Positions 12,845 through 26,122 of a DNA stretch of 64,000 nucleotides are shown here, in pieces; positions within the stretch are counted from its first letter, which is position 1, and each line of letters begins with the position of its first letter. The translations under genes were made by a program, and so were the position numbers. The notes beneath the pieces were generated by a model. That model was given only the letters and a program-made list of their open reading frames with translations, was not told the DNA's origin and searched no databases. This DNA comes from Camelus ferus. Lineage: Eukaryota. The stretch covers positions 30,940,001 through 31,004,000 of the forward strand of contig NC_045697.1 of NCBI RefSeq assembly GCF_009834535.1, in the 5' to 3' direction.

Positions 12845-13740
12845 GAGACAGTATAATTTGTTGGTTTAGTGCATGGGGTTCGGATTTCAGGCTGCCCTGG
12901 GTTGAGATCCTAGCTTGGTATATCAGTTAGCTTTTTTTGATTGCAAAGAAACAAATACTGGCCAACTTAAACAAAAAAGGAAACTTATTGGTAAACTGAA
13001 AGATTGGAGAACCACATCTTGAAATAGGAAGAAACCAGTGGTTTTGAGGTGGGGCAAGGAAACAAGAACTGAAGGAAATTTCTCAAGATAGGAACAGTCA
13101 GATCAGAATGATGTTTCTAAAGGAATGGGACCTCATTATTTTTTAAAGCCTTACACGAATTCTTCAAGGGTAGAAATCCCAGAAAAAAGTGTTGGGCTAA
13201 ATTTTGTCCCCCACTTCCAGTTCCAGTTTAGTGGAAAGAAGACGATGGCCTATTAACTTTTATAATGGATATCAACTATTTTGCTACCTATTAAGACTAG
13301 AGTTAATGAGCTATAATTCCCTAAAAGGAAGCTGGAGCCCTATGGGCAAGGGACAATGGGTGTCAAAGGCCAAAAAGTAACAAATGTGCATTATGCTTGG
13401 CTACTTACTACCAATGTGATGCTGTCAAGTTGCTTAACCTCTCTAAGCTCAGTTTTCTTATCTGTAAAATGAGGCTAATAGCAGTTCTATCTTTTGGATT
13501 ACTGTGAGTATTAAATGAGATAGTAGATGGGAAATTCCAGGTACATAGTGTTCACTCAAAATATTAGGTATTACATTATTATTTTGTAGTTTCTACAGTT
13601 TTTTCACGTGCATTTGCTTCCTTAAATTCTCACAATATGCTGTGAGGTAACTAATAGATTTTATTATCCTTGTTTTATGGATGAGGAACCTGGACTTAGG
13701 AGCATTGCCTGAAGCCGAAAGCCTGATGTTCTCCCAATCC
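12845..13740. mobile_element. MIR fragments interrupted by an old MLT1-type LTR (~12920-13390)
   Basis: MIR core CTTAACCTCTCTAAGCTCAGTTTTCTTATCTGTAAAATGAGG at ~13433-13473; a second MIR in opposite orientation at ~13590-13740; MLT1-like antisense end ATCAGTTAGCTTTTTTGATTGCAAAGAAAC. Confidence 0.6.
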
Positions 13741-14759
13741 CGTGTGTTTCCTTCTACAGAGTGCAGCCCATCACTGCACCATCATCGGTTTGGGGAAGAA
13801 AGACGAGGGAACAACACTGAGAGAGACTGTTCCTTCTGAGAAATAGATCTCGATGAAGTTCAGAGCAGGCTCCTTCAGCAAGAAGATTGTCTGTTCACCG
13901 CTTGACTGCAGGTGAGACGGGCTCTTGTGTATGTTTCCTTGAAGTCGATGCCCTGAGTGTGAAATCCCGATGCACACTCACAGAATGGGATCCGCGTTTC
14001 AGTTTAGTCCTGTGATTTTGTGATTTCCTTGCAAAGATACCCAGGTTTGTAAACACGTGTTTGGAAAGTATAGCTTTGATACCGTTAACCTGTTAAAATG
14101 TGAGAGTACAGAAAAGCAACCTGTCACACACCATGGAATTTTCCAAAACAGTTCCCGGCTGCCTGTGGGGGCAGGTCTGCATTCGTCTTCCCTTTCAGCC
14201 TGACACTTGGACACCTACACTCAAGAGTGGGCCAGGCTGTTGGATAATAAGCACAGTTTTTGTCTCTGCAAGGTGACGTCTCTGCCGGGGTGAATACTCG
14301 TGCAGAGCACACATCTCTTTTTGGAAACCATGGGGCGGACACTAGTGTTTTCTGGGGTCCCTCTTCCTTCACTGTTTTCTCTGCGACAAGAAAGCAGAAG
14401 TGTGTTGGTAGTAAACAAAGTCAGCATTCTCCCACTGTGCTAGAATATGAGCAAGAAAGAGACCAGAAAAAGGAGAGCATATTTAATTTCTTTTGGGACC
14501 TGTTGGCTGATTTCTTGCGAGTCCTCCTGATTTCTTCTGTGTTACTTTCTTAAGGCACTTGACGTGAGGTTCTGAGAACCTCCCATGCTGCACGTTTTCC
14601 GCTACGACCTCAGGGCCTGCCTGATGTTTGGCGTCGTCTCCAGTGCTCGCTCATTGCTGCTTTGTATTTGAGTTCTTACAGTTAAGGTCTACCTCCTATG
14701 AGACTGAACTCTGTGAGGATGAGAAACTGTTTCTCATCCGTTTTTTTGCATCCTTTAGT

Positions 14760-14920
14760 GCCTCTCAAAGTGCAGTCGGTGGGCCAGCAGCAGCAGCATC
14801 ACCTGGGAGCTTGTTAGCATCTCTGACCTCACTCCTGACTTACTGAGTCAGAATCTTCATTTTAACAAGCTCCCAGGTGCTTCGAATGCATATATTAAAA
14901 ATTGAGTAAAGCTGCTCTCT
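14760..14920 (+). mobile_element. MER5A-like hAT-Charlie MITE
   Basis: CTCAAAGTGCAGTC...CAGCAGCATCACCTGGGAGCTTGTTAG...ACTGAGTCAGAATCTTCATTTTAACAAGCTCCCAGGTG. Confidence 0.8.
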
Positions 14921-15149
14921 AGCACTTTTCATACGACACATGCTAAATAATAATACAGACAGTAAAGCATAATAAAGCATGTGAGGCAGGTAATTATATA
15001 TCACTGACAGAACGCCCTCCACTGCTACTGTTTTCTTGCCACCTCTTTAACATTCTTGAGTCACCTCAGAATCCTTGTAGTGATAAAAACTTGATGCTTC
15101 TGAATACAGATGAAGTTGGTAGTTTCAGAATCCACTAGCCCTCCTCAAA

Positions 15150-15181
<32 letters not shown>

Positions 15182-15799
15182 AGGGAGAATAGAAATGAGT
15201 GCTGGTGCAGTGAGGAGGGAGGAAGGCAGGAAGGCACTGCACAGCAAGCTTAGTTCTTTGAGCTCCACCCAAGGGTGGTGCTTGCTGCCTACAGATGGTT
15301 ATCACCATGAGCTTCAAGGAGTAGAGGGGATGCTAAGGCACTATCTCAGTTTCCCTCACCACTCCTTCCATCCTCAACTGGCTCACTTACTTTCATCGGT
15401 TTCGTTTATCAATTTTCCTACTCATACTTTATTTAGAGAAAAAAAGTCACAGCTTAAAATATGCACCAAAAAATAAACACAAAATGATCCCCAGCCCAAC
15501 TCAAAAAGCAAAGTTGAAAAGCCACTTTGCTAAGGCATGCACTAAAATGTTGTCTTATCAAGGAATGAATTAGTAATTATGCATGTGCTCCATGCTCAGT
15601 ATACTAAATGGCATTTAACATTTTTTAATTAAAAGATAAGAAAGGATTTTAACCAAAGTTTTTTTTTTTAAAAAAAAAAGCTCCTCAATGTTCCTATGTC
15701 AGAAGCTGGCTATTTTGTTTACCCACAGGGTTCATTCTGGGGGTAATTATAATTTTATAAGCTCAAGGTTCTGTTCCAAAATGCTCTTTTAGTTGAGTT

Positions 15800-16240
15800 G
15801 AGCACTGTTCAATATTTATTGATTGCATGCTCTGTGGCAAGGACCGTGGTAGTAGCTGGATATGTAAAGAGGAGAATGATACAGTCTTGTGCTCTCGAGG
15901 AACTTGTAGGCTGGTGGGCTGGACAGGCACCGAAATAGATCATTTCATCAGACTAATTTATGTATTAGGATACCGGGGTACTCAGGGCGTTATGGGTCTC
16001 AGGAGAGGGGCATTATGTGAGTGGAGAAGAATCACTTCCCCTGGGACTATGTTTTGAATGAGGAGTTGGAGGTGGATGAAGAAATGAATGTGGGAAACAC
16101 ATCCCAGGTAGAAGTCACAGTGAAACTGAACATGCTGATGTCTGAAACAGCACCTTCTGTTTTGGGAACTTTGCCAAGATGCAAATTACAGTGCGGGAGA
16201 GGCAGACAATAAGGCTGGAGAGATAAGCTAGTCTCTGGAA
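15800..16240 (-). mobile_element. L2 3' fragment
   Basis: TTCAATATTTATTGATTGCATGCTCTGTGGCAAGG start and purine-rich antisense L2 body. Confidence 0.6.
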
Positions 16241-16854
16241 AGAATCTACCAAACTTGACATGCTTAAATTTATCTGTGAATAAGTGCTGTCGTGAATTCT
16301 ACATTAGGGAAACCACCACCACCACCACTGCCACCGTGGGTTCAAAAGAAAAATGGACTCGTTTCATCTTTACTGTGAAAGTCCTTGCTCCATTTCCTTA
16401 GGATACATTCATCCTTAGTAGGAGAATGGCTTATGAAGTTATGTCTCTTCATAGTGCAGCAAGGGAAAGAAACATGAACACAGTGGGAAAGAATTATAGT
16501 CCAATAAGATGATATCTAAGTGAGCACTGCACTTACTGGGGGCATTAAAAAGAGCACTCCACACTGTGTGGACCATTGGGACTTAGATGTACGTGGCTGT
16601 AGCGGTGTAGAGTGGTGAGCTGACCTATGGAAAAGAGAACAAACATGAAGTCTTTGTTTTTGCAGAAGCCACCACTGATGCATTGCAGTGTCTGGAAATG
16701 TACAGTAATGGATATCAGAAAGAGGCATGTTATTATTAAAATCTTTACATTGTAAGAGGAAGGAAGAAAGTGCCTACGTATCTTCCATATACTCTTCTTT
16801 CTTCTTGGTAAAGGAAATCATTTACAGTAAGGATTTTAAAAAATGTATTTGTTT

Positions 16855-17120
16855 ATTTAATTTTATTTTTTAGCACTTTTACTGTGGTATGGTTCCTGCA
16901 CAGTAAACTACACACATTTCAAGTGTACAATTTGATGAATTTTGATAGACGTATACACCAGTGAAACCACCACCACAATCAAGATAGCTAACATTTCCAT
17001 CACTCCCCAAGAGGTGCAGTTTTTGGATTCCCAATCTATCCCTTCCCAACCCCTTTACTCCCTGGCAATCATAAGTTTGTTCTCTCTGTCTGTGAGTCCC
17101 TTTCTGTTTTGTAGTAAGAA
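16855..17120 (-). mobile_element. L1MB-like 3' end
   Basis: AAGTGTACAATTTGATGAATTTTGA...CCACCACCACAATCAAGATAGCTAACATTTCCATCACTCCC. Confidence 0.8.
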
Positions 17121-17667
17121 TTAAACTCCATGAGGGTTAACATACGCTCTTTGTTCTTGTTGAATTCATAACATTTAAACACAGTTTAGGCATTTTAGAA
17201 CTATTTACTGAATAAACAAATGCGTGAATTAATTCATTAATCTGAAAGGGGGTAGACCGAGTTTTTCCGAGCAGTGGCTTATTAGCTAGATCCTACCATT
17301 GATAAAAGTAATGAAAACTACAGGGAAGAGTGTCCCCAGGAACGTGAAGATGAGTGACGTCTACTGAAGGTGGGAGGTTCTGTTGGTCACAAGAGTCCAC
17401 TAGCCACTGTGAGGGGATAAGTGGTAGGTGATGGGGGTACATAAAATTTGAATTAAGACTAAAATATGAAGGGTTATTTAGGATTATAGGAAATCTTCAG
17501 TGATATTTAAAAATTATAGAATAAATTAATACATGCTTATAGATAAAATTCAAGCAACTGCAAAGACATGGTAATAAACCTAGTGTTGCCCTCGTGTGGT
17601 GGAAGACCAATAGATCGATGGAAACAAATGGAGGGCTCAGCTTGGACCCATATATACATGGGACCTC

Positions 17668-17915
17668 AGGTGGATTTACTGTGGTGCAAACAAAGCTTAG
17701 GCTTCAGGGCTCCTTACTTGCTTTGAGATATTCACAAGATATTCACATTTTTAAATGTTTTAGTAAAATTTGCATGAGTAAGTTATTTTTACTCTGAGGA
17801 CCACTAGTTCTTGCCACTCTGACTACCACTTGATTATACTTCCCTTTTTGTCTCATGGTATTCGAGTGTGTCCATGGACAAATTTTGGATCCGGTTAAGA
17901 GGAAGTGAGCTGGGA
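17668..17915 (+). mobile_element. hAT-Tip100 Arthur1 (MER69-like) 5' fragment nested in an old L1
   Basis: CAGGTGGATTTACTGTG...AAGCTTAGGCTTCAGGGCTCCTTACTTGC...GTAAAATTTGC; same family as 56470-58025. L1-like sequence on both sides (~17590-17665, ~17935-18270). Confidence 0.65.
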
Positions 17916-19829
17916 ATGTGCCATTTAAGCTACCATTTGGAAAAGGCACAAATGACGTGAATACACAATTTAGAGATGAAGAAATTCCAAAAGGTAACAA
18001 GTACATATCAAAATACAATAACTGGTAATTAGAGGGTCCCAAACAAAATGAGACATCCTCATTGTAATGATTACCCCCAGTCGGGTGGGTGATGGCAAAT
18101 GTTGTCAGGAATGTGGGGATGCAGGTGTCTTCATGCCCTGATCAGGGTATATAGTCTGAGTGTATTCATTTTGGAGATGGTGGTATTTAATACAGCTCAG
18201 AATATTTGTTCCATATGGCCCAAGAATAATGCTCTGGATTAAATATCAGGACACAGCTTCCTATATCCCTTACAAAGCTGTAGCTGAGTTGAATGGTGGA
18301 AGTTAGCCACATAGACCCTTTTACTGCATGACTAGAGAGCACGAAGGCTGAGAGAAGCGCTGATCCAAGGTGCTTCCTTGTGCCCTTTCGTATTGTCCAG
18401 AGTGCCTGTTGCTCTGAACCCAAAATGCAACCCAGTGTGAAAAAGGGAAGGTGGGGCTTGCTTTTTGTAAACTTGACTGGTCATTAGTAAAGCTTGGTGC
18501 CAGCTGAGGCTTGAGTTTTGTGAGTCTGATCGATGATTCAGCCCATCGTGTTAGTGTAAGCATGTTGTAAGAGTTGCCAGCGGAGCACAGGGAGAGAACT
18601 AAGAGCGGGGTAAAAATAAATAAGTGAAGACATGAGTCAGTAATATAAATAAGAGAAAGCGTTACTAGGACAAATGAGGATGCTCTGCTGTGAGCTGAGG
18701 ATGTAATTTAACTTTCATCAACTCTCATTAATGAAGGTCCAGGAAAAAAATTCAAACAATACAACGGTATAGAAGTGAAAGCTACTTTCATGTCCCTTAC
18801 AATAGGAAAGAATTATTTGTGGTTTGTCTCCTTCCATACACTTTTGTATGCTTTTATATACATACATACATATCATGGGATATTTTTGTATACTTTTCAT
18901 GTATATCATATATGCCACATACATTATATGCGCATTTATATCATCTCTTTATAGCATCTGCTTGGGAATTTATATAGAGTCATTCTTTTTGTTAAACTGT
19001 GTGTATATGAGAAGGCTCATATGTATGGAATATTCAGATTGTCCTACTTGGACGCCTAGACCCCCTGAACGCTCTGCATCCTCAGGACTTGTGGAAACGA
19101 CCTGCTTTTCCTTATTGGAAGTTAGAGGCCCTCCTTCTTCCTTGAAGACTATGTAAGACTTCAGATGAGGCAAGTGCCTTAAAAACAATGCTTGCTCTCC
19201 TCCAGATCTATCCCTCTGTCCCCTCATGGTTACCATGCTCATACCTAAGACAGAATCTCAGTAAACCAGACTGGGAAAATGCAGAGTCTAAGGGAAGAGA
19301 GCGAGTCCCCAGCGAAGCAGCAGGGCAGTCACACGAGCCGGCGGAAGGTGGGGGAGCTTGTCCAGGAGTAGATCCCCGAGCCTTGGTATGAGTGAGGAGA
19401 ATTTCCCAGAATCTCCCCCAACCCCTGTTTTTCCCTCTCAGAACTGAAAGGCTAGAGCTGCTGTCTACTTGCTGCTTCTTACACTAAACACCAAGAAAGG
19501 GAGTGAATTTACCACTATTGGCCTAGTCTGAAAAATAACCACTCCTTGTGTAAGAAGAGTTCTAATTATCCTCCGAGACATATGAAAGGAACGGGCACGT
19601 GTGGGAGGAAAGAGACTGATACTTGGCCACACTGAACTTTCTTTAACTTTAAAAAAAAGTGCTATTCAAATCCACTGAAGGTAGATTGTATTGAGTCATT
19701 TCTTGGTAGGGGCAGGGAAGGTAACAGATGCTGTTAAGCACCTATTGGATGCTAAGGATTCTTATTATGTTAGTTTATTTAATCATTACAACAACTTTTA
19801 TGGAATATATTTACATATAAACAACGGAG

Positions 19830-20430
19830 GGTGGCAGGTTGTGCTTTCCAAAGATGGCTACCACGGTACTTCCTATCCCACAGGGATTTTGTTGTTGTTT
19901 TTTTTAATAATCTAATTGTGACACTGTTTGCATTAAAAGATGGGCTTTACCTCTCCTCCCCTTAAAACGGGGTGGCCTTTTGTGACCGTTTTAACCAATG
20001 GAATACAAGGGAGTAACACAAGTAATGTGACCTCTGAGGAAGGTCATAAGAGGTCATGCGACCTTCACCTCTTCTTCTAGGATACTTGATCTTAGAGCCC
20101 CTCAGCCACCAGGTAAACAGTCTGACTGCTCTGAGACCATGATGCCGTGAGGAAGCCCAAAGTATCCCATGCATAGACACCCCACGGAGAGGCTCTGAGA
20201 CCACAGAGGAGAGAGATGGCTGGACAGTTCCCACATGCTCCGTCCTCTTGCTGTTTCAGCTCCAGACATCTTCTGACTGCAGCTGCCCAAGAGATCTCGA
20301 AACAGAACTGCCCAGCCAAGCCTTTCTCAAATTCCCAACTCAATGAAATCATGAGGTGTTAGAAAATGATTGTTGTTTAAGCCACTAAGTTTTAGGGTGT
20401 GTTGTTATGAAGTACTAGATAACAAGAACA
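19830..20430 (+). mobile_element. MaLR LTR (MLT1G/H-like)
   Basis: GTGGCAGGTTGTGCTTTCCAAAGATGGC start; ends TGTTGTTTAAGCCACTAAGTTTTAGGGTGTGTTGTTATGAAGTACTAGATAACAAGAACA. Confidence 0.8.
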
Positions 20431-21065
20431 GATTTTGGCATTTGGAAATGGGGCACTGCCATAAAAAAACAGTGAAACACATAGACTTAATGGTGGGTAG
20501 TCTTGGGGGGATGTTAATAAAATCATAAAGGCCATGAGGAACATGTTGGCAGTTGCTTAAGGGACCTCAAGTAGCCTATTGAGCGATTCAAGGAGAGAGG
20601 AAATGTTATTGGACACTGGGAGAAAAGAGACCCTTGTTATATAATAGAAGAAAGTTTATCAGCATTATACCCTGTAGTAATATGGAAAATAGAAAATATA
20701 ACTGATGAATCCAGTGGTCCAGCTAAAAAGGTATCTAGGCAGAACCCTGACAATGCCACCTTACTTCATCTCATTGCCTGTTCTACAATACAAATACAGA
20801 GAGGCAAGTCAAAAAAGAAATAGTTGTTTTCAGCAATACCTTAGAGGAAACATAAAAGATTAAGGACTTGCTGGATTTGAAATAAAATTTTTTGTTCCTG
20901 GCCTTTCCACTATGTAAAAGATGCTCAAAGTAAGAAAGAGGATCAGATAGCAGATTAAATTTAGAGAACAGTCAGAAAGCCATGGTATGAAGATAAAGCA
21001 AATAGAGTATTTTAAGATCCTTTTGTAACACAAATAAAGTGTGTTTCCTGTTTTCAAAAAGCTTG
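20431..21065 (+). mobile_element. MLT1 internal sequence following the LTR
   Basis: Begins immediately after the LTR with GATTTTGGCATTTGGAAATGGGGCACTGCCAT, the typical MaLR-int start. Confidence 0.7.
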
Positions 21066-21479
21066 GATTCTGTTGTAGATTCTAGTGGAGGAGACAGACA
21101 AGTAAACAAATATGTACAATTTAGTGTAATAAGAGCTCCAGTGAAAGAAACATGGGGGCTATGAGAACACATAATAGGGAAGGAGGAAGACTTTAAGAGA
21201 AGGCTTTCCAAGAGGGGCATACCTAGACCAAGCCTTGAAGAATAAACAGGAGTTAGGGAAGGTGGGGGATGAGAGACGTGATGATTTCAAGTAGAGAGAG
21301 CAGGGTTGTGTTAATGGAAACCCTCAGAAAAATCTCCCAAGGGAGGCCTGAAACACTCTTGGCATTCCTTCCGGTGTTTTTCTCCTTTTATAGGAACAAA
21401 TGGGATCAACAGGCTAGAACAGGCATTTTTTTTCTTTAAAAAAAGAAAAAAAAAGGTTTTTTTTAAAGTTAAAAAAAGT

Positions 21480-21755
21480 TTTTGTTATAGGATTTTAAAA
21501 ACTTATGCAAAAAAGAGAGAATTGTATAATTAACTCTTATGTATTAATCACTTAGCTTAGGAATAATCAAACTCATGGCTGATCTTATTTCATTTATGTT
21601 TATCCCCACTCCCATTGCATATTTTAAAGCAAATCCCAGGCATGTGTAATTTCATCTGTAAACACTTTAGTTATCTTCAATGCATAAAGACTCTTTTTGA
21701 TTAGTGGTATCTTTTACCACACACACAAATTAACATCAATTCTTAATACTGATGC
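21480..21755 (-). mobile_element. Old L1 (L1MB/MC-like) 3'UTR fragment
   Basis: ATTTTAAAGCAAATCCCAGGCAT...ATTTCATCTGTAAACACTTTAG...AAATTAACATCAATTCTTAATA. Confidence 0.6.
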
Positions 21756-24700
21756 TTCCTTTTGAACAGGCTAGGCCAGTGTTGCTGGGCTTCTTCTGGG
21801 AAATTGATCACTTAAATCACTCTAGCACAGAAAGTGAGTTATTCAGTATTTGAAGTCATTTGTACAAAAATTCCTTTTCTTGGGGAAAATTATTCTAGCT
21901 TCCTCTTTTATGGATATTTATGGATAATAAGCTAGGGAAAAATCTGTTCCCAATGCCCTGAGAAGTTATAAAAATGTAAGGAATGGAAGTCACTATGGGT
22001 TCTTAATTTTGTTTTTGAGTAAAGTAATAAAAAATATTGGGCATTTTCTTCAGGATAATGGTCCATTGTAACTTTTGAAGGACCTAGCTGCTGATTTCAG
22101 AAAAATTGCTTTCTGTTCTGCTCTTAGTGCTAAGTCATCTCCTCCTGCACTAGCTTGGGTTCTGGGCTGGCACGGGTGGAGGAAGCTCCCTTACCTTCAT
22201 GGAGAGGGACAGAATTCAGGGTTGTTGCTAGATAACAGGAAATTAGAAGAAGGGGTAAACAGGACCAGACTTGGTACCAAGGAATCTCGGGGCTTCTGTT
22301 TAAGTATGAATTTACAATCAAATGCTATCCAGCTTTGACGTGGTAGCTACAGGGGTGAAAGCTTCAATTTGACTGAACCCAGGATATATCTGTATAGACT
22401 GGGAGATGAGAGCATGACGTGATCTAAGATCTGCAAGAACTATAGTCAGCTATAGGGTTCAGTAAGGCCGGTGCTGGAATAGTTGGAAGCCACCAACTGT
22501 AAGCAAAGAAATTGGGAAGTAGCTGAGGTATTTGTAAGTAATGGACTGCTGTGGCCAGATTTGTGTTGGAGCAGGGCATGCAGGTGGGCACAAAAGCCAG
22601 TAAGAAACTATTACAACAACTAAGAGATGATGAGTCGTGAATGTAAGTAGTGCCGATGACAACTGTGACTGTGGACAGCATAGAAAGATGTTTGCAGATA
22701 GAATTCCTGGTACAGGCAGGCCAGGAAGTGAGGAGTGGCTCCCAGGGTGGTGGCCTGACCATCCTGAAGAATGGTGGGATGCAGATGTCCAGGTGCAGTG
22801 TTTCTTGGCTGATGTGCCACCTGTTGGGTTGCTTGTCAGTGATCATTGCCACTCTAAAGCCCGTTCAGTATTGCAGCAGTGGCATTTCTGAGGTCAGGGC
22901 TATGGCCAATTGGGGGATGGGTCAGGCAGTTTGTATTGGAGCAAAATGCTTATTCATCCAGCGTGTCCTCTGCTTAGCACAGAAAACAATCCCCAAGTTC
23001 CTGTGTTCAATTGAGCTTTTGCATATTCCCTAATGCTTTATTTTTAGTTACTCCTACATTAAAAGACGGCTTTATTTAGGCTTTCAAAACTCTGGAGTCT
23101 TCTTGACCAGTTATAATCTTACAGATTATAAGAAAAAAATAGAAGGATGCTTTGATTTAAAGGGCATTGTATCCTAAAATTTAAATTAATACTTCTGTAA
23201 GTTAGCTAGAGCTTCACATATTAGGGGTCCCTGTATCTTAATATTGATCATTTATAAAAATCTTTAAATTGATCTTTATCTGTCTTCCAAAAAGTGATGA
23301 TAACTCTTGGGCTGTTTTCCTTCTGGCTGAACCAGAAGCAGCAGCAGAATATTTCCTGCTAGAGCTCAGTGGGCTTTACAAGTTGGCTCTGCTTTCCCTG
23401 TGAGGGTTGGCATTCATTTTACACGGTGGCAAACAGATGTGGGGACAGAATCTTTTGTTCTTTTTCAGAATCATTTACGCCAGCATTAATGGACTGGGGT
23501 AGTTAGTTTCAGAGACCTGTTTTCTCCATGGTCTGTTTCTTCCCTGAATAATGCATATTCCTACACTTAATTCTAGAAGCTTGTCACCTGGTGTACCCAG
23601 GAGGAAAGTAGCACATCGGTGACATTTATCATCTAGAAGAGAGGCACACTTTCCTCTCATACCGCATAGCTAACACTTGTATTTTTCAAATTATGCAGCA
23701 AACAAGTGTTTCCCACACCTAGGGAAACACCGACAAACATGCGAAGTCCAAGAAAAATTTTTTTTAGTAATGGAACAAATACTTAATAACATTTTAATTT
23801 GTTATCTTGTACTCAGAAGTTAGTTCTACTGGCGATTTACTGCAGTCCATAACTTCCGAGCCTTTGGCACTAATGGTTGATTTACTGTTATATCAGTTAC
23901 TTAATTAGAATGAATTATTCATATTTTTCCTGATGAAGACCTAATTATTATGCTAATCATAATAATCTAAGTCTTCAATGTTTTCTAAAGCATCCTGCCT
24001 AATGGGGTTATTAAATATGTGTATAATTATAGTCATAAAAATTCAGAAACATGCTTTGACATTTTTATTTATATTTAGACCCTCAAAAACACCAAATGTG
24101 AGATAGCTTTTGACCTGAACTCAATGAATTTCTTAAATGTCATTTTCTTTTCCTAATATAAAACTGAGCAAGTATAATAAATAGACAACCCAGTTCCTTA
24201 GTAATACTCAGAAGTGGAAGAGAATTTTATACCCAGTCCTGCTTTTGAGGACTTTAGCTTTAACAAGAAAATTTTCCTTCATGATGTGGGGATCCTGTTG
24301 AAGGCAAAAGGAGTGAACTGACCTGATATTTATGGTTATATTGTCAAATCTTAGTTGTTCACAGGAGAAGCAGCCATACCGTGAGTTTGTGAACTATTAG
24401 CTGTTTATATCTGGGACACCTTTTCTTTACTTCTCTATCTACTTTATTTAATTCAAACTCAAATCTTCACATTTCATGTGCTTGTCTTATTTCATGGCAA
24501 AACTTAGTATTTGAAGATGTTAGGATACTCTATTGAGTTCAGTAATAATAACTACAATAATAACCAACTCCCAAGGGCATCTAAAGCTCGAACATCTGAC
24601 ACACAATCAAGGGAGTAGAAAGTGATATTTTGATATCAGTTCTCAAACCAAGTGGTTTGACAACCCATACTGGCTCTAATATAATCAAGAACAAATTAGT

Positions 24701-25416
24701 GTTAAATATGCATGTTATGCTCAATTTTGTTGCAGTCTAGTTGTTAAAAGGACTTTTGAGACTTGAAAGCAGTAACTCCTGGCTTTTGTGAAACACGAAG
24801 TATTTTTCTGAAGAAGTAAGACTGATCCTTTTTGATGACAACTCATTTTGTCTTTGAGCACACAGATATAGATGAGGAAAATGAACAATTTCCATTCTTT
24901 AATTGCTTTTATTTTTTATAAGTTTTTTCCCTTATTTAACTCCCTTATTTTCTCTATCATTTTAAGACCATCAATTTCTGTTTCAAGCTCTGGAGCTCAA
25001 TAATCGTGTCCTCCAGGGCCTGCAAGGGGAAGACACTTGAGGACGTTATAGTCTTGCTTGTCATTTTCTTCGTCCTGGTCCTTTCACAGATCTGTGGTCC
25101 AGCTATGATAGGAGGCAGACTTGTACACTGTGGTCTGATAAAACAGTTTTCATCCCATCTTTCAGGAGCTGCTATGATTGGACACAGGTTGGTACTCTCT
25201 ACATGGTGCCGTTTGATTCTCAGGTTGCAGGATGGGGACTGTCATTTGAAATGCTGAGCAGAAGAACAACATTAAATAGTTTCTGTTCCACTTAAATGAT
25301 TTTTGTAATTACATGGGATATAAATAAAGAAAAATTAAATGAATTCCTACTTCTTGCATCTTGCTGAGCCAGCTTCAGCCACATTTTGGCCCTGATTTCC
25401 CTTTTCCTTTGGGGTC

Positions 25417-25755
25417 TGTCTCAGTGTGTTTCAGCTGCTATCACAAATTAGATTAGATGGTAGCTTATAAACAACAGAAATTTATTTCTGATGATTCTGG
25501 AGACTGGAAGTCTGAGATCAGGGTGTCAACATGGTTGGGTGAAGGTCAGACTGCTTCTTGTAACCTCACATGGTGGAAGGGACAAGCAAGTTCTCTGGGT
25601 CCTCTTTACTAAAGGCACTAATCCTATTAATGAGGGCGCTGCCTCCATGACTTAATTATCTCCCAAAGATCCCACCTCTTAACACGTTACCCGTAGGGTT
25701 AGGATTTCAACACATCAATTTTGGGGGATGGGGACACAATATTCAGACCATAGCA
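25417..25755 (-). mobile_element. MLT1A/A0 solo LTR with perfect 5-bp TSD
   Basis: TG...CA termini; GGGTC at 25412-25416 and 25756-25760; typical AACAACAGAAATTTATTTCT...GGAAGTCTGAGATCAGGGTG. Confidence 0.9.
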
Positions 25756-26014
25756 GGGTCCGTAGAGAAAGGACACTATAAAGATGAAAAGCGTTATAAA
25801 GACTCTTTCAAATGCCTCATTTTCTCCCCTCCCTAGGAGGGGCCTGATCTTGGCTCTGGTTGCTTCAAGGTTACTGGATATGATGAGCTCTGAGGAACCT
25901 CCTCTCCAAACTCTCTTTGAAGTTCAGTTTCTCCGTTTTATTAACGTAGAAGGAGGAAGACAAAAAAGAGATAATTATCTCCTACTTTAATCAGTCAGTT
26001 CTTTTGCTGCTTTT

Positions 26015-26122
26015 TTTTTTTTTTTGACTTTTCAAAAAAATTTAAGTATAGTCGGTTTACAATGTATCAATTTCTGGTGTACAGCGTAATGTTTCAGTCA
26101 TACATAAATATGCATATATTCG
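26015..26122 (-). mobile_element. Short L1 3' tail insertion with 13-bp TSD
   Basis: TTTTGCTGCTTTT at 26002-26014 and 26123-26135; T tract plus AAGTATAGTCGGTTTACAATGTATCAATTTCTGGTGTACAG. Confidence 0.85.

Noticed and set aside
25100..25200. Degenerate direct repeat (GCTATGAT.GGA..CAG..T.GTAC.CT) about 69 bp apart
   Set aside because: Only two short divergent copies; not an array or CRISPR-like structure.
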